A DNA stretch of 64,000 bases from a virus (IMGVR_UViG_3300022601_000011); one strand, 5' to 3'. Counted from the stretch's first letter, positions 38,501 through 53,799 are shown. Translations and numbers: made by a program. Notes: generated by a model from the letters alone, not told the origin.

Positions 38501-41500
38501 AAATCTACCGCTATTATCTTTAGTACCTGTCGCAATACGATTTGCTAAAATAGAGCCAGTAGCTTCATCAACAGAAAGAGCAACTCCATCCCAAGTATTA
38601 ACAAGAGATGAAGGATATACATTCTAATCAAAGACAATTGCTTGCCGTATTACCTATCCTTTACAATTACCTTCTAGCTATAAAACTGTATTTTCAAAAC
38701 GGTTATCCCACAAGAATCCAATACTGCCCCATTCTTGCATTTCAAATTTATAATCATTATGTTCTGCTGAAATTTCAGTATCTTCTTCATTATTTTCAGT
38801 AACTGTTTTTGCAGGAATATGTTTTGGAATTATCGCTCCATCTGGTATAATATCAGTATGAACTACAACTAATTTATCGTCCTTTTGAGTAATATAACTA
38901 TGTGGAGTGCTTAAATCCTTATTGATAGTCCAATCAGTATATAATTGTTTATTGGTTCCTGCTTCATAAACAGTGAACCAGTTATTATAATAATAAGGAT
39001 GACTGCCGTCAGATCGATATTCTACTCGCTCTGGTATAATAGCGACATATGGAACATTATTAAGTTTTTCAGGTCCTGCCAAGAAACCACGTTTTGCATA
39101 AATATCATGCTCTCCTGCTTTCTTAATTGTTACTTTAAAAGCAGGTGCCGCATTTGGTGTTTTTTTGTCTTCTTTAAAATTATACCAAGTACCTGAATAA
39201 ATAGCTCCAGCATTATTATTATCGACTTTAATATAACATTGTTCTTCATTCAATAATTGCCAATCGTATTGTATCTCATGGTCAAATCTAGCTAATTTAT
39301 GATCTTTGTCATAAATCTAACATTCTAAGCTAAATCTTTTTCCAGAAACTAATTGTGTATCAGCACCTTCAATATTGCCGACTTTTTTCAAAACAATTGT
39401 AGCTGTATATTCAGTACCTTGAGAATTTGCTCGACCAAACTGAAAATCTTTATGCGCATAATATTTTTGATGATTTTTGTCTACAATTGCTACTACTTCA
39501 TTATTCTTTTTATAAGAATATAAATGATCTTCAATCGTAAAACTTCGAGTAATTTCTCGTAAAGCTTTAATATCTGGGTCATCAAAATCTATTATTAATT
39601 CAGTACCGTTTTCAGTGGTAACTTCTTTCTTTACAACATTTGGCATTCCGAGCAATTCAACAAAAGCCTAAACTTCTTCGTCGGTAAGATTAGGAGTATT
39701 GCTACTGCGCAACATTGTACTATTATCAAAGAAAGACCATTTTGTAGTAAAATTAATATTAGTAATTTGATGTCCATCTTCAGCATCTTCAGAATTATCA
39801 TATTTTTCATACATTAATGGAATATAATTCTGCGGATAATCTGGATCTCTATGCCAAAGTTGCATATAATAAGTAATGTCAGAAAAACGTCTTCCATCAC
39901 TGTCCATTAAAATATTGTCATTTTCGTCATAAACATAAAAACGACCAATAGAAGAATTATCGTCCCATTCAATTGTATATTTACCATCTTCAGAGCGTCT
40001 ACCAGAAAAACATCTAAAAATAATATCGGCATTTTCAGTATGCCCCTCTTCAACCGTTCCATTTAAAGATGCAAAATTTTTGAAAGTTAATTCAGATGAA
40101 AAATATTTATTAGTACCAAAAATAACTGCTACTTTATATTTACATCTTGCATATGTATAAATCGTGGGATTTTTTTCGTCGCGATTAAAATTATTAAAAT
40201 TAATACTATATTCAAAGACTGAAGAATTAGAGCCTTTAGGGAAACCACTATCATAATAATAACCAACTTTTGGATTGCCATATTCATCTAAAGCTTCAGC
40301 CTTATTATCAGTAATTACTTTCCATCTATTGCCAGCATATAAAGAACCTAAACTCTCAGCTATTTCATCCGCTGAAGCAATTTCATCTAAATCTTCAATA
40401 TACCAACAAATCTATAATTTTCTATTCTCATAAGCAATTAATTGCTCATTAGTTGGATGATCATTATTTTCACCGAAAATTTCTTTTCTTAATGCATTAT
40501 TAAAAGTATCAATATCTTCTGGTTTACTAAACAATATAGTGCCGCTCTTATCGTCTTTAATATGAACCCACTGAAAACGTAAAGTTTTTTCATTATATCC
40601 TTCACTATCTTTATTAAACCATAATGGATCATAAGTATAAAGATATAATTTTTCTTCATTAAGTTCTGAACCAGCTAAACCAAAATAAGCCTTAAAATTA
40701 GTTAAGAAAATATTTTTCGGTAAGAAACCTCTCTCATGTTCTCCTGTAACTTCATCAATTTCATCTTTTTCATAAGGGATTAATTTACCTTCTTCATCAT
40801 AAAACATGCAATCCTATACAAAGAAAATATTTACAGAATGAACTTCTTTAAAATTAGAAATATCTAATACTTTCTACTGAATATAAGGATTATAATATGC
40901 ATATGAATTACCATACATATCTTTATTAGAAAATAAAAAAGATTCAGTAAGTTCATAAGATTCCACTTCTTCTGTAGGACCTATAATACCATGTACATCA
41001 ATCTATAATCCATATAAACCATTAATAGGATGGAAATCTCCTAACAATGTCTATACTTCTAATTCAATACCAAGTTTAGACATTCCTACAATAGGTTGTA
41101 CAAAATTTACTCCATAAATATGAATATTATTATCTTGACTATAATTCGCCAAAAAACCAGTATCTACAGGAGATTGTACTTCATACGTTTTATCAATATA
41201 TTCTAGCTAAGCCTTATAGTCTTCTTCTGCTTTTTTTAATGCTTCTTGAGCCTAGCCAAAATCCATAATATGAGATTTACTATTAATATTATCAACAGTA
41301 TTATTATAATTTAATTCTGCTAAAGCTTTCGCTTCTTCAATAGTAGTTAAATCAATTTGTGTTAGTTTAATAAAATCATCAAATGGAAATTTCAAATTAT
41401 AAACTGAACTTGCATCATTTTCATCAGTTTTACGACCTATAATAAATTTTTGTCGTTTAAAATCTCCACCTGGAATTGTGACATAAACTATATCATTTGC

Positions 41501-41698
41501 ATAATAAGTATTAGTGCCAGTTGCATATGCTTCGAATTTAGCTTCATCAGATTCAACCATGTAAATGCCAAATTCTTTTTTTTCGACACTAACTACTCTG
41601 CATTCTATTGTTTTATCAAAAGCAAGATTAGATGCCGTTTTATTGGCAACTAATGCTATACTATCTAAAACTGCAGATTTTATAGTATCTTTATTCAC
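35582..41698 (-). CDS. large tail tip/central fibre protein (~2,038 aa, code 15)
   Basis: GTG with SD; seven ORFs in one frame; lies directly after the tape measure; GTKDNSGRFTGIMMGDW and SGRIGGWII motifs; ends TAA. Confidence 0.65.
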
Positions 41699-41774
41699 AA
41701 TTTCATCTCCTTTTACTCAATAACTCTAATTTTCGTAAAGATTATCTAAAATAAATTATAGGTTATTACCCAAT

Positions 41775-41802
41775 AAAAAAAAGGAGGGCTTAATGCCCTC
41801 CT
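41775..41802 (-). terminator. intrinsic terminator overlapping the tape measure stop codon
   Basis: AGGAGGGC/GCCCTCCT stem with TAA in the loop, then a T-run. Confidence 0.7.
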
Positions 41803-44800
41803 CCTCCACCTCCGCCACTAGCAGAAGTTTTTTTAGCTTTATCGCTATCAACATACTAAGAAGCATATAAGAATAATTCTTCAAATGCCTATTTAATATC
41901 TTCTATACTTTCAACGTTCGGGAATTCATTTGTCATTGTAATATTCTAAGTAGTATTATAATTAACTGTAGAATCTTTAATCAAAGTCTATGCCATAGCC
42001 CAAGAAGACATACTCGCCATTTCAGCCTACGTTTGCGCTTCAAGCTATGCCCAAATTTCTTCTAAATTCAATCCAGTGGCATCAATTAATTCTTTTGCTT
42101 TTTTATATTCTTCATTAGTTTCATCTTTATCTTTGTCTAATTGATATTCCCACAATACCTACATGGCATCTTCTAAATCATCCCATTGAACTTGCGTTTT
42201 ATCTACTGTGCCAATAATTTCTGCAAGTAACTAATCCTAAGTAATTTTGCCTTCAGTATATTGAGAAGCAAGTTCTTCTCCAAATACTGCTGCAAGAATT
42301 TCAGGATCAGCGAAAGAAACATCTTTACCATCATCAGAAGTATTACTAGAAGCATCTCCTAATGCAGGCCCTTTAGCCTCTTCCAATTCAGCAAGCATGC
42401 GCATAACATCATTCATCTTTGCGGCCAAAGTTTCATAACGTTTAATTGCTTCGTCCATCGCAGCAGCCTAGTCTTTCCAAGCTTGTGTTACAGCATTAAT
42501 ATCTGTTAATTCATCACCAAGCATAGTTACTACATCCGCGGCAGCTTGACCTGCAGCCTCTGCGGCAGCTTGATAATTATTCATACCTTCTTCTGTTAAG
42601 GCAGTTTCCATAAATTCAGACATTGTAGCAATAGCATCAGCATAATCTTTCCAAGTGCTTAGAACAGAACCATTTTCACCAGTTAACATATTAGCATATT
42701 CTTGTGCCCAAGTTTCAGCATTTTTAATCATATCTGCTACTTGTTCTTGCGCAGCATTACTGTCTTCTATCAGAGTAGTATTATACCAATCTGAAGTAGT
42801 TGCCAAATTATTCTTTAAATCGCTCGTAGCGTAGCCATATTCTTCTTGGATATAAAGTAAAGTTTCTTCATATCTCTTAGCCAATTCTTCTAATTTTGCT
42901 TGACGCTCGGTTTCAGTTAAAGTCATATCCAAAGCAATTTCTTTTGCGGCATCAGCATATTCTTGCTGTGCATCCAACATTGCCTATTCAAGTTCTCCAA
43001 CTCGTCCAGAAGCAAGATCATTAATTTGTTGTAATACATCTTCATATTCTTGATATGCAGAAGCAACTTTTTCATCATCAGCAGTATACTGATAAGCATA
43101 ATTACCATCATTATCGCGAGTAAGTCTTACTACACTCTTTGCATTTTGAGCATCTTCAAGAGCCATTTGTTTTAATACTAATTGATATTGTAAGTTCATC
43201 ATTTCAATATCATATTCAGTCATATCTTTCAATTCTGCTCTTGCATTAATTTGAGCTTGTAAATCTTTAAGGATCTATTTATTAGCTTTGGTGGTACTAT
43301 CTTCAATAGATTGCTCTATCTAACGATTTAATTTAGACATTTCATAAAGTTCTTGCGCCGCACTTAATTGACGATTTTGAGTTTCTTGATAGTATTCATA
43401 CTTATCTGCCACATCAGCTATTGACTGATTGGCACCAAGCATTCTTTCTTCAAAATCTTCAAAAATCTTTTCAATAGTATTTTCATATTTTGCAGCAAGA
43501 AGATCCATGCCTTCTGCAACAGCATCCATCATATTGCCATGAACTTCTGTTAAGGTTTCAAGTAATGCTTCATATTGTTGCTATTCAAGTTCTGTGGAGA
43601 AATTACCATTTTCATCTATATTTGCTTCAAATTCTTTTTTGCGTTCAAGTAATTCATTAAACAAATCTGACTATGCAGTTAATGATTCTTTATTCGCGGC
43701 AATCTAAATATCCATCAAAGAATTCTTATAAGCTCGACCTGTACCTTGACCCATTAAATCGAAAATTTCTGCATAATGCTCCATAACATCTGCAATATGA
43801 TCTAAATGGTCTAAATGAGCATCCATTTCATCTTGAGCCATATCCAGAGTATCAGCATACAATTCTGCAATTTCATCTTGAATATCATGCAATTCACTTA
43901 ACTAATCTATCATTTGACTATTAATATCTGCAATACCTTCTTGATAATCTGCTGCATTAATTTCACCAGCTGCATAAGCCGCATTAAGCTCGTTTAATCC
44001 AGTTTCCAAAATGCTTAAATTACTTTGAGCAATTCCTGCCTAATTAGAAAGATTGGCCATTAATTCACTTGCGCTTCCTAAGTCATCTTCAAAAACTTCC
44101 TGATAATATTCAAGAAGTTCTAAATCTGCGTCATTTAATTCAACTTGATATTCAACTTTATAAGTAATTTCTTCAAGAGCAAGCTCGGACATTTGATTTA
44201 AAAGATCTTCAATAGTTAAACCGTTCTCAGCAAGAAGAGCAACAGTCTCTTCGTATTGATCTCTCATTTCTTCATATTTTTCTAATTGCTCTGTAATTTT
44301 TTCCCATTCTTCATCAGACATTTTTAAATCAGCTTTTTTATTATATAATTCAGTAATTTTAGCTTCAATTTCTTCCCAGTTATTAATATTTAAAGTATTA
44401 GGATCAATATCTAATGCAATATTTTCTCCACCTAATACACCCATTAAAGCATTAAGTTCATTTTGAAGATTAGTTAAATCTTCATCATAATAATTTTGAA
44501 TTTCATCTTCTTTTTGTTTAAGGAGGTTTACTTGAGCATTTAATAATTCTCTTTCTTTCTCGAGATTTTTAAGATAAGATTTACCAAAAGCTCTATCTTT
44601 AGCTTTATTTACTTTTTCAAGTGCTTCAGAAATTCGATCATAATTTTTAGTATTTTCATGATACCGTTCTGGAGCTTTACGTTTATCATGAGTGGACTTT
44701 TTGGAGCCTCCTCCTCCACCTCCACCTCCTCCTCCACCGCCGCCTCTGACATTTCCGCCAAAGCCTGCGCCATTTGGGGTAATAGATTTAATAGCTAAAA

Positions 44801-47800
44801 CATTTTGCGTATAACCAGGAACGTCAATAGTAGCAGTAGAAGCTTCAACCGTAGCCATAGTTTGCCCAGGACCACCAACATCAACAGAAGGACCTTGTGT
44901 AAATACTGGATAAGAAATAGAATATCCAGGAGTTTCTTGTGGAACAACTTCTACTTCTGCGTCATATCCCAGAGAAGCAAAAGCCTATTCTGCTTGCGCT
45001 GCACCCGCTGCAGTTGCTGCAAAACCTTGTAAAATTTGTTCGCACGCTGCCCAGAAAGCAGGGCTTACATTAGTGTTTTCACCAAGTGTAATTGGTTCTC
45101 CAATTGGCAAATCATCATAAGCAGTTGCCAATTCCATGGCCGCAGCATCAAATGATTCTTGATCAAATTCTGTTTGAACTTGTCCTTCAATAATAAAATC
45201 TGCCGCTGCTTTTGCTTGCAACTAATCAAAAGCTTCTTCATTGCCTTCTGCAGCTTCTTTCATTAATTCTAGATTTTCTGCATTTTGGACAAAATCATCT
45301 GATAAGCTATCATAATCTAAATCAAGCATATCTGAAAAAGCTTTATCCATTTCTTTTAATGCTTTAGCCTATTCATCAATATTATTACCTTTTAAAGCCT
45401 TCTTCCAATCATCATAACTATCTGCAACTTGATCAACAGCTTTATTATAACGCTTAAAAGTTTTTGCGACTTTATCCGCTGCTTCAGCATCAGTCTCTAA
45501 ATTATCTCCAAGCAATTCAGATTCTTTAGCCATTTTTTGAATTGAATCACCCAGTTCATCTACTTCTTTAGCATCTAAACCAAAATGTCCCATTTCAGTT
45601 TCCCAATCTTCTCTAGGATCAACTGTTGAAATTCCTTCTGCTAAAACAGTTTGTGCTTCAGTATTTTCGGTAACAGTTTCCATCATTGGCTATACTGCAT
45701 CACTAGTTTCAGCGAATCCAGCACCTTCTGTAAAAGTTGTATCGCCAAGAGTAATACCAGTACCATCTTCACCTAATGCTCCCTCTCCGGTTACAATTGC
45801 TTTAAAAGCTTCGCCAGCAGAAATAATAATAGCACCTGCTTCAGTAGCATCAGTCTAAAAAGCATCTTCCGCACCTAATAATGCATCATTACTCAATCCT
45901 GCGATATCTTCTAAACTAGAAACATCATAACCTTTTTCTTGAAGAGCAGCAATATAATCATCCTAAGTAATACCTTGCTATTCTAAAATAGATGCAATAC
46001 TAGCCGCATCACGATCCTCTGGAGCTAAAGCATGAATAGCTTCTGTTGCATCTGCAAAGCCAAGAGCTTCATCTTGAATTTTTTGTTGTTCTTCAACCTC
46101 TGTCTAATATGCTGCTTCTGCTTCTCTTAAAATATTTTCCTTTTCAAGATATTCACCATAAGCTTCTGAATTTTCATAAGTTTTATTCGCAGCATCATTT
46201 AATATAGCAATTGCTTCTGGCGCTCCTGCAAAATATCCTAAAATAACATCACCAATAGTCTCAAAATCTGTACCAGTTAAATCATAACCTTTAAGTAAAG
46301 TCTCTAACTATGGAGTGATTCTTTCTTGTACTGCCTTTACGTATTCCGCATCACCGTCTGCACCTTCTGCATACATGGCCGTACCATCTGCTTTGGTTGC
46401 ATTACGGTCCATACCCATTCGTGCACCAATATCTTCCCACCAAGTAGATGCATGTTTTGTGCCATAAGAATCTGTAGTAAAAATAGTATCATTTTTACCA
46501 AGACCGCGAGCATCACGAATACCTTCAACCATTTTATCTGGATCGGGAAGAGTTAATTTAGCTAAATCTAAATTACCACTTAATTGGTCTGCTACAAGAG
46601 CCGCACCACCGCCCGAATATTGATTTGCAATTTGATTAAAATTATCAAAGCTAGAAGTTAAATCATCACTAATATCTTCACCCATTAAAATAGATTTACG
46701 CATATCAGCGACAGTCTAAAATGCATTCATCCAATCTTCAACAAATTGATTTGCCAAATCTGCTTCATGCTATCCTAATTCACTATATAAAGAAACAATA
46801 CTGTCTTTACCTTCAGCCATAATTAAAGCTAAAGCTTCTGCTCCTTCTTGGTCCATAATCTTAAGCTAATCTTGCATCGCTTTCCAATATTGTCCTGTAG
46901 TCGCTGTATTTACATCTAAAGTCTATCGAACAATTTTATCTGCTTCAATAATCGCATTTTTTGCTCCATCGCTTAAACCTGATGCATCAAATTGAGGATC
47001 CATTAACCAAGAAATAAGACTATCAGAAGAATCAAATAATGAACTATCTTTTAAAGTTATGTTTCCACTAGTTAAATTAGTATAAATATTAAATAATGAT
47101 TCAGCCTAATCAATAGCAGTATTTAAATCTAATTGATTTGTCATCGCCTAATTAGTTGCTTTTGCAGCACCAAATGCAGCAGCTTCAATCCTTTCAGCAT
47201 AAGTAGCGCCTTCTTCCCATGCAGCAATTCCAGCTGCATCTAATTTAACCTAATCAGCAAAAGACAAAGAACCATCTTCAATAGCACCCGATAAAATATC
47301 CGCAGCTTCTTTCATCGCTTCTGCAGTTTTTTGTAATTCATCTCTAGACTATTGTAAAGATGCCATCTATGCATCAAATAAATCAATTTGCTATTGTGTT
47401 ATTTGAGCATTAGCATTATTAATTTCAGCATCTATACCTTCTACTTGAGTCATTAAATCCATAATTTTTGCCCAAGCATCATAACGTGCTTTATAGTTTG
47501 CATTTGTCTCAACTAAAGACATATCCCAAGTCTAATTTACATTAAAAGCACCATATTGCTATGCATAAGATTTATTATATTCAGCAATTTGACTATCAAC
47601 AGCCTATTGACCTTTCTAACGCGCCTGATTCATCAATTTAATAAAATCTTGAATATTTTTTATATCATCTTTATTAACCTGAATTCCCAGTTTGCCTAAT
47701 GTTTTAAATACTTCAACACTAATTTGACCTGTCTCATTAAAATGTTCTAAGCCTTTGGATAAAGCTGCAACTGCGTCAGAAGCTGCAGTCATTTTTTCCT

Positions 47801-50800
47801 CCGCAGTAAGAACACCATCAGAAACTAATTTTAAAGCTTCAACTGTCGCTATAGCATTATCTTCCTCAAGATAAACTTGACTACCTGCAGCAATTAAAGA
47901 AGAAGCTCCCTAATATTGAATTGCATCACTAAAAGTATATCCAGTATTTTGACGGAAGGTATCTTCATCAATAATATGACCATCTGTATCTTTTACTACT
48001 GCAACAGTATTTCCATCAACAGTATCATATGTTACATTATAGCCATCTTCAGCTACTGCTGCGGCATATTGATTATATCCTGTGCGAAATGTTTCAAATG
48101 AATCTCTATTATATCCATGTTCCGCTTCCCACGCCGCACGAACATCGCTAGCAGAAGCTAATGCTATTTCTGCTAATCGCTCAGCATTATCTTCAGATTG
48201 TTCTGCTAATGTTGCTAAATATGCGGCTCGTTCGGTATAATCCATCGCAACAAATTCATCCCAAGATTTAATTACACCTAAGTCGTGTTCCTCAAATTCT
48301 TTTTGATATTCAGCATACTATTTGTACATATCTGTTGCTTCATCAATTGACATTTCTCCGTCGTTGTCTTTAAACTCTTTAGCCCAAGTTTGTGCAGAAT
48401 TGCTCATTTTATTTGCTGCATTAAAAGCGGCTGTGTCTTGATTTGCTATTATCATTTTACCTAATACTTCTTCACCAATATCATCAAACCACTATTGTGT
48501 TTTTTCCTAAATTTCGTCATTATTAAAACCCTAATTAAGCCATATCTATCTTTGATTTTGATATGCTGTCAACATACCCTTTGCCATTTCTGCATCTCTC
48601 TGAATGAATTGCTATAATTCATAATAAAAAGCAGTGTCAACTTCTTCTACTGAATTAATATCAAAAATATCTAAAAAATTCGCCGCAATATCAATTTCAT
48701 TTTGATTATCAAATAAAGATATCAAATCTTGATACATATAAACATAATCATCAAATGCAGTGTAATCTAATAATAACTATGATGCTAATTTGCTTCGTGC
48801 TGCAGCATACTCTTTTTCCATTCCAGCCTATATTTTATAATTACCTTCAGCATCTTTGACAAATTGTCCGTTTTCTTGTTCTAAATACTATTGTAATTCT
48901 TCATATGACGCCGCTGTTGAATCAATAGCATCTTCCATTCTATTTACCCCATCAAAAAATGCATTAAATCCCATGGTGTCTTCTGATTGACCCATAAACT
49001 GTCCCATAGAAGCTTTTAATGCTATAATTTTTGCTTCCATTGATTCAACTTCTTCGATCTCGGCAATAGCTTCTGCTACTGTCGAACCGTCAGCTATATA
49101 ATCATCATAATTAATAATATCTTTAAAAGTAGTCTATACACCTTGCAAATAATTATAATAATCTTCAAGCATCATATACTCAGGACTGTTTTCGTCATAT
49201 TCACTCATTTTAAGCTTTACGTCTTCCAGTTCAACATCAATAGCATCAATTGAATCCGCGATTTGTGTAAATTTTTTAACTTTTTCTTCTCCAGTTAAAG
49301 AAGACCAATCTAACGACAAATCTTCTCCTAGAACTTCGTGCAAATAATCTGTTTGTCCGAATAAACCATTTTCACCAAAAAAAGCGTCAGTAAATTTAGT
49401 ATTCCATTTATTTACTACATCAGCTAATTCTGTATTAACGCTTCCATAAGATAATCCATCATCAACATACTCAAAAGCGCTTAGCTATATTACACTTTCC
49501 CAATCAGGATTTTGTTCTATTAATGCTGCTGTGATAGCTTCTCCTATATCTTGATCATTATTCCATGCTGTATCAATAATACTCTACCAGTCTATATTAA
49601 GCGGATTTCCTTCTTTGTCTCGCGCTTGATTCATTACAGCGATAAAAGCTTCATCAGCATAATCTTTATTGCCTGCAAACATTGTATCATAATAGCCATA
49701 AATATTTCCTGCCTGTTCAGCACTTACACGTCTTCCTGTGGGATTTTTATTTCTCGCCGACCAGCCCAAAGGAGAATAATATTGTTTAACTTGTGAAGTA
49801 GGACCTTCATATGTTAAAAATAAAGATGGATCAAGAGCCAAAGCCTATTGCGCAGCATCATAATATGAAGTAACTCCCGTAGCTACAGTACGTTCTACCT
49901 ATGGATCTGTTTCACTCGGCACGCTAGTATATAAAGAACTACCAACCATTGGTCCTGAATATGTTGGACTTAGTTCTCCTTCAAATTCCATGATATTAGA
50001 ATCATTCATCTAATAAACTGAATTTTTACTATTATCAGCAAAAGCACCGATTAAAGTATTTTTTTGTCTACGATAATAACTTAATTCTTGATCAAAACCC
50101 ATATGCTAAGCAAGCTAATTATTAAACTCTTTAAAATTACCGCTTGCGATTAATACATTCGCGCCAACTAATCCATAAGCATCCGCTAATGCTCTTGCGC
50201 TCGCAGCAAGTTCTTCTTGTCCTTCGCCAGTTTCTAAATAAGTTGCGTATAAATCATTATAACTTTTAATTAAATTATGATTATTATTTACTTCTTCATT
50301 TTGTATTTCATTTTCTTCCTAAATTTTTTCTAATTTAGATTCTTGTTTAGCTTGATACGCTTCTTTTCTAGCTTTACTAATACCAACAGTAACTGCCGCA
50401 ACTGCAACACCAATCGCCGCAATTGCACCAATAATCCAACCGATTGGGCCCATCGCAGTAGTCAATGCTGTACCAATAGCAGGTGCAATGGAAATAATCA
50501 TCATTAAACCACTCAACAATGTCGCGATATTACTACTTAAATTATCGCTACCAGAGGCTAATTGCTAAGTACTCTAAGATAGCATATTAAATCCAGATAC
50601 TGCACTCATTGCAGTACCAACACCTTTGCTAATCGCACCAAAGGCTTGATTCATTTTTCCATTTAGTTTATCTAACGCAGATTCAGTACCACTCAAACTA
50701 CCCATTACTGCCTCAGCTTGTAACCTAAAGCGCTAGAGTGCTTCTGCACCATGATCAGAATCTTTCAAAAATTCATCAAATAAAGTACTTAATCTAGTTT

Positions 50801-53177
50801 TCAAGGCACCATCAGGCATAGCGTTCAATGCCGCCCTAAAAGCCGTAGTAAATCCATTAAAATCAGTTTGAGATTTTTCATTTAATAAAGTAATTGCGTC
50901 ACTTAACTATTTAATACCTTCTTTTGTTCTTAATGTTTCTGCTGTAATTCCATCTAAAGCATTTGCTCGAGCGGTACCTTTTAAAGCAGCTTTCATCTGC
51001 TCAACCTATTGTGTAATTTTGGCAAATTCCTATTCAGTCAATTTTGCTGGATTCTAAATCTACTCTAAAGCTCTGGCAGTTTGTTGTCCAATAGACGAAA
51101 TTTGATTTAACTAATTAATTTGTGGCAACATATTCGCAGCAGTCGCCCCATTATTAGCCTTAAGTATTGCATTCTCAGAAAAGAATCCTCCTGCAGACAT
51201 TCTATTGTCGCCTGATCCCTTCATAAAATGCTAACTACTCATTTGTGCTGCAAGCTATTTGTTAAATGTCATGTTTACCGTATTATGTTTCTATTTAACC
51301 TAATAAGTTTGCGCTGCCCAACCAGCCATACTGCTAGTACCAGATTCAATTGCTCTTTTGACATCTAAGTATTCTTGTTCTAACTAATTTAAAGTACCAA
51401 TTTGTTCGCTTGCTCCACTTAAAGCTAACTGCATTTGCTGAGCTTGTGCTGTTGTTAAAGAATTTTCCATATTAAGCAATTTGCTTTTTAAGTCAATTAA
51501 TTTGCTAGTAGCCTATAAAGAAGCTGTATCTCCCCAACTGCGACTATTTGATAATTCACTATTAGTCCTCTCTAAAGTCTGTAAATACTACTATTTATAT
51601 GAACCATTTGTCATAAAAGTAGCTATACCAGCACCCATTGATTTAATAGTAGAAGCAATTTTTCCACTAAATGTACGCATTAAAATCGCACCAACTGCTC
51701 CTACTATGCCTTTAAGACCACCTAATGATTTAGCTAAATTAGTAACATTATCAACAATACCTTTAATTGTTTTCTAAAAACCAATCAAAGCTTTATCATT
51801 TAAAAGCGTACTATATAAAGTCTAAATAGATTCTTTCGTGCGCGCAGCTGCAGCTTCAGCACTTTCAGCATGAATATCTTGCATTCCTTGCAGTGCACCA
51901 TCAGAATTCTCTGCTAAACTTTTATTTTTTTTATACGCTTCATCATTTTCCATTAAAGCAATTAATTGAGTATATTGACGCTTACCAGCTACAACCTATG
52001 CCACAGCAGTTTGCTCTGCTCGAGTCATAGTCTGCCATTTTCCCATTAAATCTTCAACGATTGCGCCCATGTCTCGCATTTGCCCATTGGCATCTAAAAT
52101 AGAAACTCCAATTTTATCTAAAACAGAAGATACTTGTCCAAGATCTACACCGTCTTCAAGAGTCTCTCCTAATTTTAAGTCACCAATACGAGCAAAAATT
52201 GTTTTAAAAGAAGTACCAATTGATTCTGCAGATTCGCGAGTAACAGAAGATACCGTGGCAATAATCGAAGAAACTTGTTCCATAGAAACGCCAACAGTAT
52301 TCGCAGTAGCAGCAACTTTTTGCATTGAAGTAGCAATTTCTTCCATACTGGTTGCAGTGTTCGCACCAAGCTTCGCCATTATATCAACATAATGTTCTAA
52401 CTCTTCTGCGCCAACTTGATAAGAATTCCAAACAGCAGTTAAATGTTCTGCCATTTCAGAAGCCGTAGATCCAAAAGAGGCATTTGCTGCTTTAATAGTA
52501 ATCGCCGCTTTCTTAGCAGCCATTTCCATCGAGTCACCCTATTGGAAATAAATCAAAGAAGCGTCAGTGAATGCTTTAGTTGTGGTTGATAATTCCCTCG
52601 CCGCAGCACGCGCCTGATCAGTAAAACGAGCCATTTCTTCAACACTTTTACCTGTAACAATACGGATATCATTTAAAGCACCATTTAAATCTTTAACATA
52701 TCCAATAGCGCCAGTGATTGAAGTGCGTAAACCACGAATAAACATAGATGACAATTCCCACTTAACAGTATTTTTAAGAGTTGTCATCATATTAGATAAT
52801 AATTTATTTGTTTGTTTTATCGGCACCTAAGTATTTGCAATAGTAGTTGCCATCTATTGGAATGCCTGTTGACCAGTCTAACCACCTTGAGCCAAAGTAG
52901 CCATAAGCGATGCCATTGACTATCCTGATTGCTAAATACTTTTATTAAATTCTACAAGATTTAATTGACCAGTATTGACATTAGTTGCTGCCTATAAATG
53001 CAATTTTAACTATTGCGCAGCAGTCGCAGCCTCACGAATTTGTGTGGACATACCGAGCTAATCTAAATTTAGTGTATTAACTTTATTTAAGCTCTATACT
53101 AAATTATTAATATCTTTTTTAGCTCGACTAGTGTCAGCACTAATCTACAAAGTCCACTAAGTAGTTCCTTGAGCCAT
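41790..53177 (-). CDS. tail tape measure protein (~3,795 aa, code 15)
   Basis: Fifteen supplied ORFs share one frame; TP901-type core (LNDIRIVTG, IGTSFKTIFARI), a hydrophobic segment near 50400-50520, long helical stretches, C-terminal FPNV...AS*Y; spot-checked lines contain only TAG. Confidence 0.85.
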
Positions 53178-53200
53178 ACTGTAAACTCCTTTCTCTCTAT

Positions 53201-53238
53201 AAAAAAAGGAAAGATGTATTCACTTACATCTTTCCTTT
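53201..53238 (-). terminator. intrinsic terminator
   Basis: 14-bp stem AAAGGAAAGATGTA/TACATCTTTCCTTT plus a T-run. Confidence 0.75.
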
Positions 53239-53274
53239 GGGATTCTATAATTCTTAATTTTTATAATAAATCAC

Positions 53275-53799
53275 TTAACCAATTTTTTCAAGAACATCTT
53301 TAACTAAACTATCTTTTCCAAGTTCTCCTAGATCATTCATTAAACCTTCTACATTCATTTTTTCTGCATCATAATTATCAGTGACTGTTTTCATCATACC
53401 GGCAAAAGAATTTAAATAAGATACAATATTTTCAGCACATTCTTCGATAGCGTCAAAAATAGCATTATATTCATCTTCTGGAATATTTTCAATAATTTTA
53501 TCAATTACGCCATTAATCATTAAACTATCATAAGTTTTTGGAGCATTCTCCATCATCTTATCAGTAATATTAATATTTGTATAAGTAGAAATGATTTCTA
53601 ATACTGAATATACTTCTAATTTTACCGGATTTAACACTCCAGTAGTGTCAATACTCCAATTTAGAATGCGTTCAATCATTGCCAATTTTTCTTGTACGGG
53701 TAAATATTGTATAATTTCTACATCTTGTTCACAAATCTATACCAATACGGGCGCAACAATTTTAATTGGAGTAATTTTACTTAATGAAATTTTAGCCAA
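53275..53799 (-). CDS. hypothetical protein, possible tail assembly chaperone (174 aa, code 15)
   Basis: TTG start after SD AAAAGGAG; TAG at codon 21; lies directly upstream of the tape measure. Confidence 0.6.

Noticed and set aside
41699..41789. Possible suppressor tRNA or ncRNA in intergenic gaps
   Set aside because: Gaps are about 110 nt or less, AT-rich and occupied by terminators and SD sites; no cloverleaf or T-loop motif was seen. tRNAscan-SE would confirm.
53178..53799. Programmed frameshift for a G/GT tail chaperone pair
   Set aside because: The gene ends in TAA followed by a terminator and the tape measure start, with no room for a second overlapping frame.
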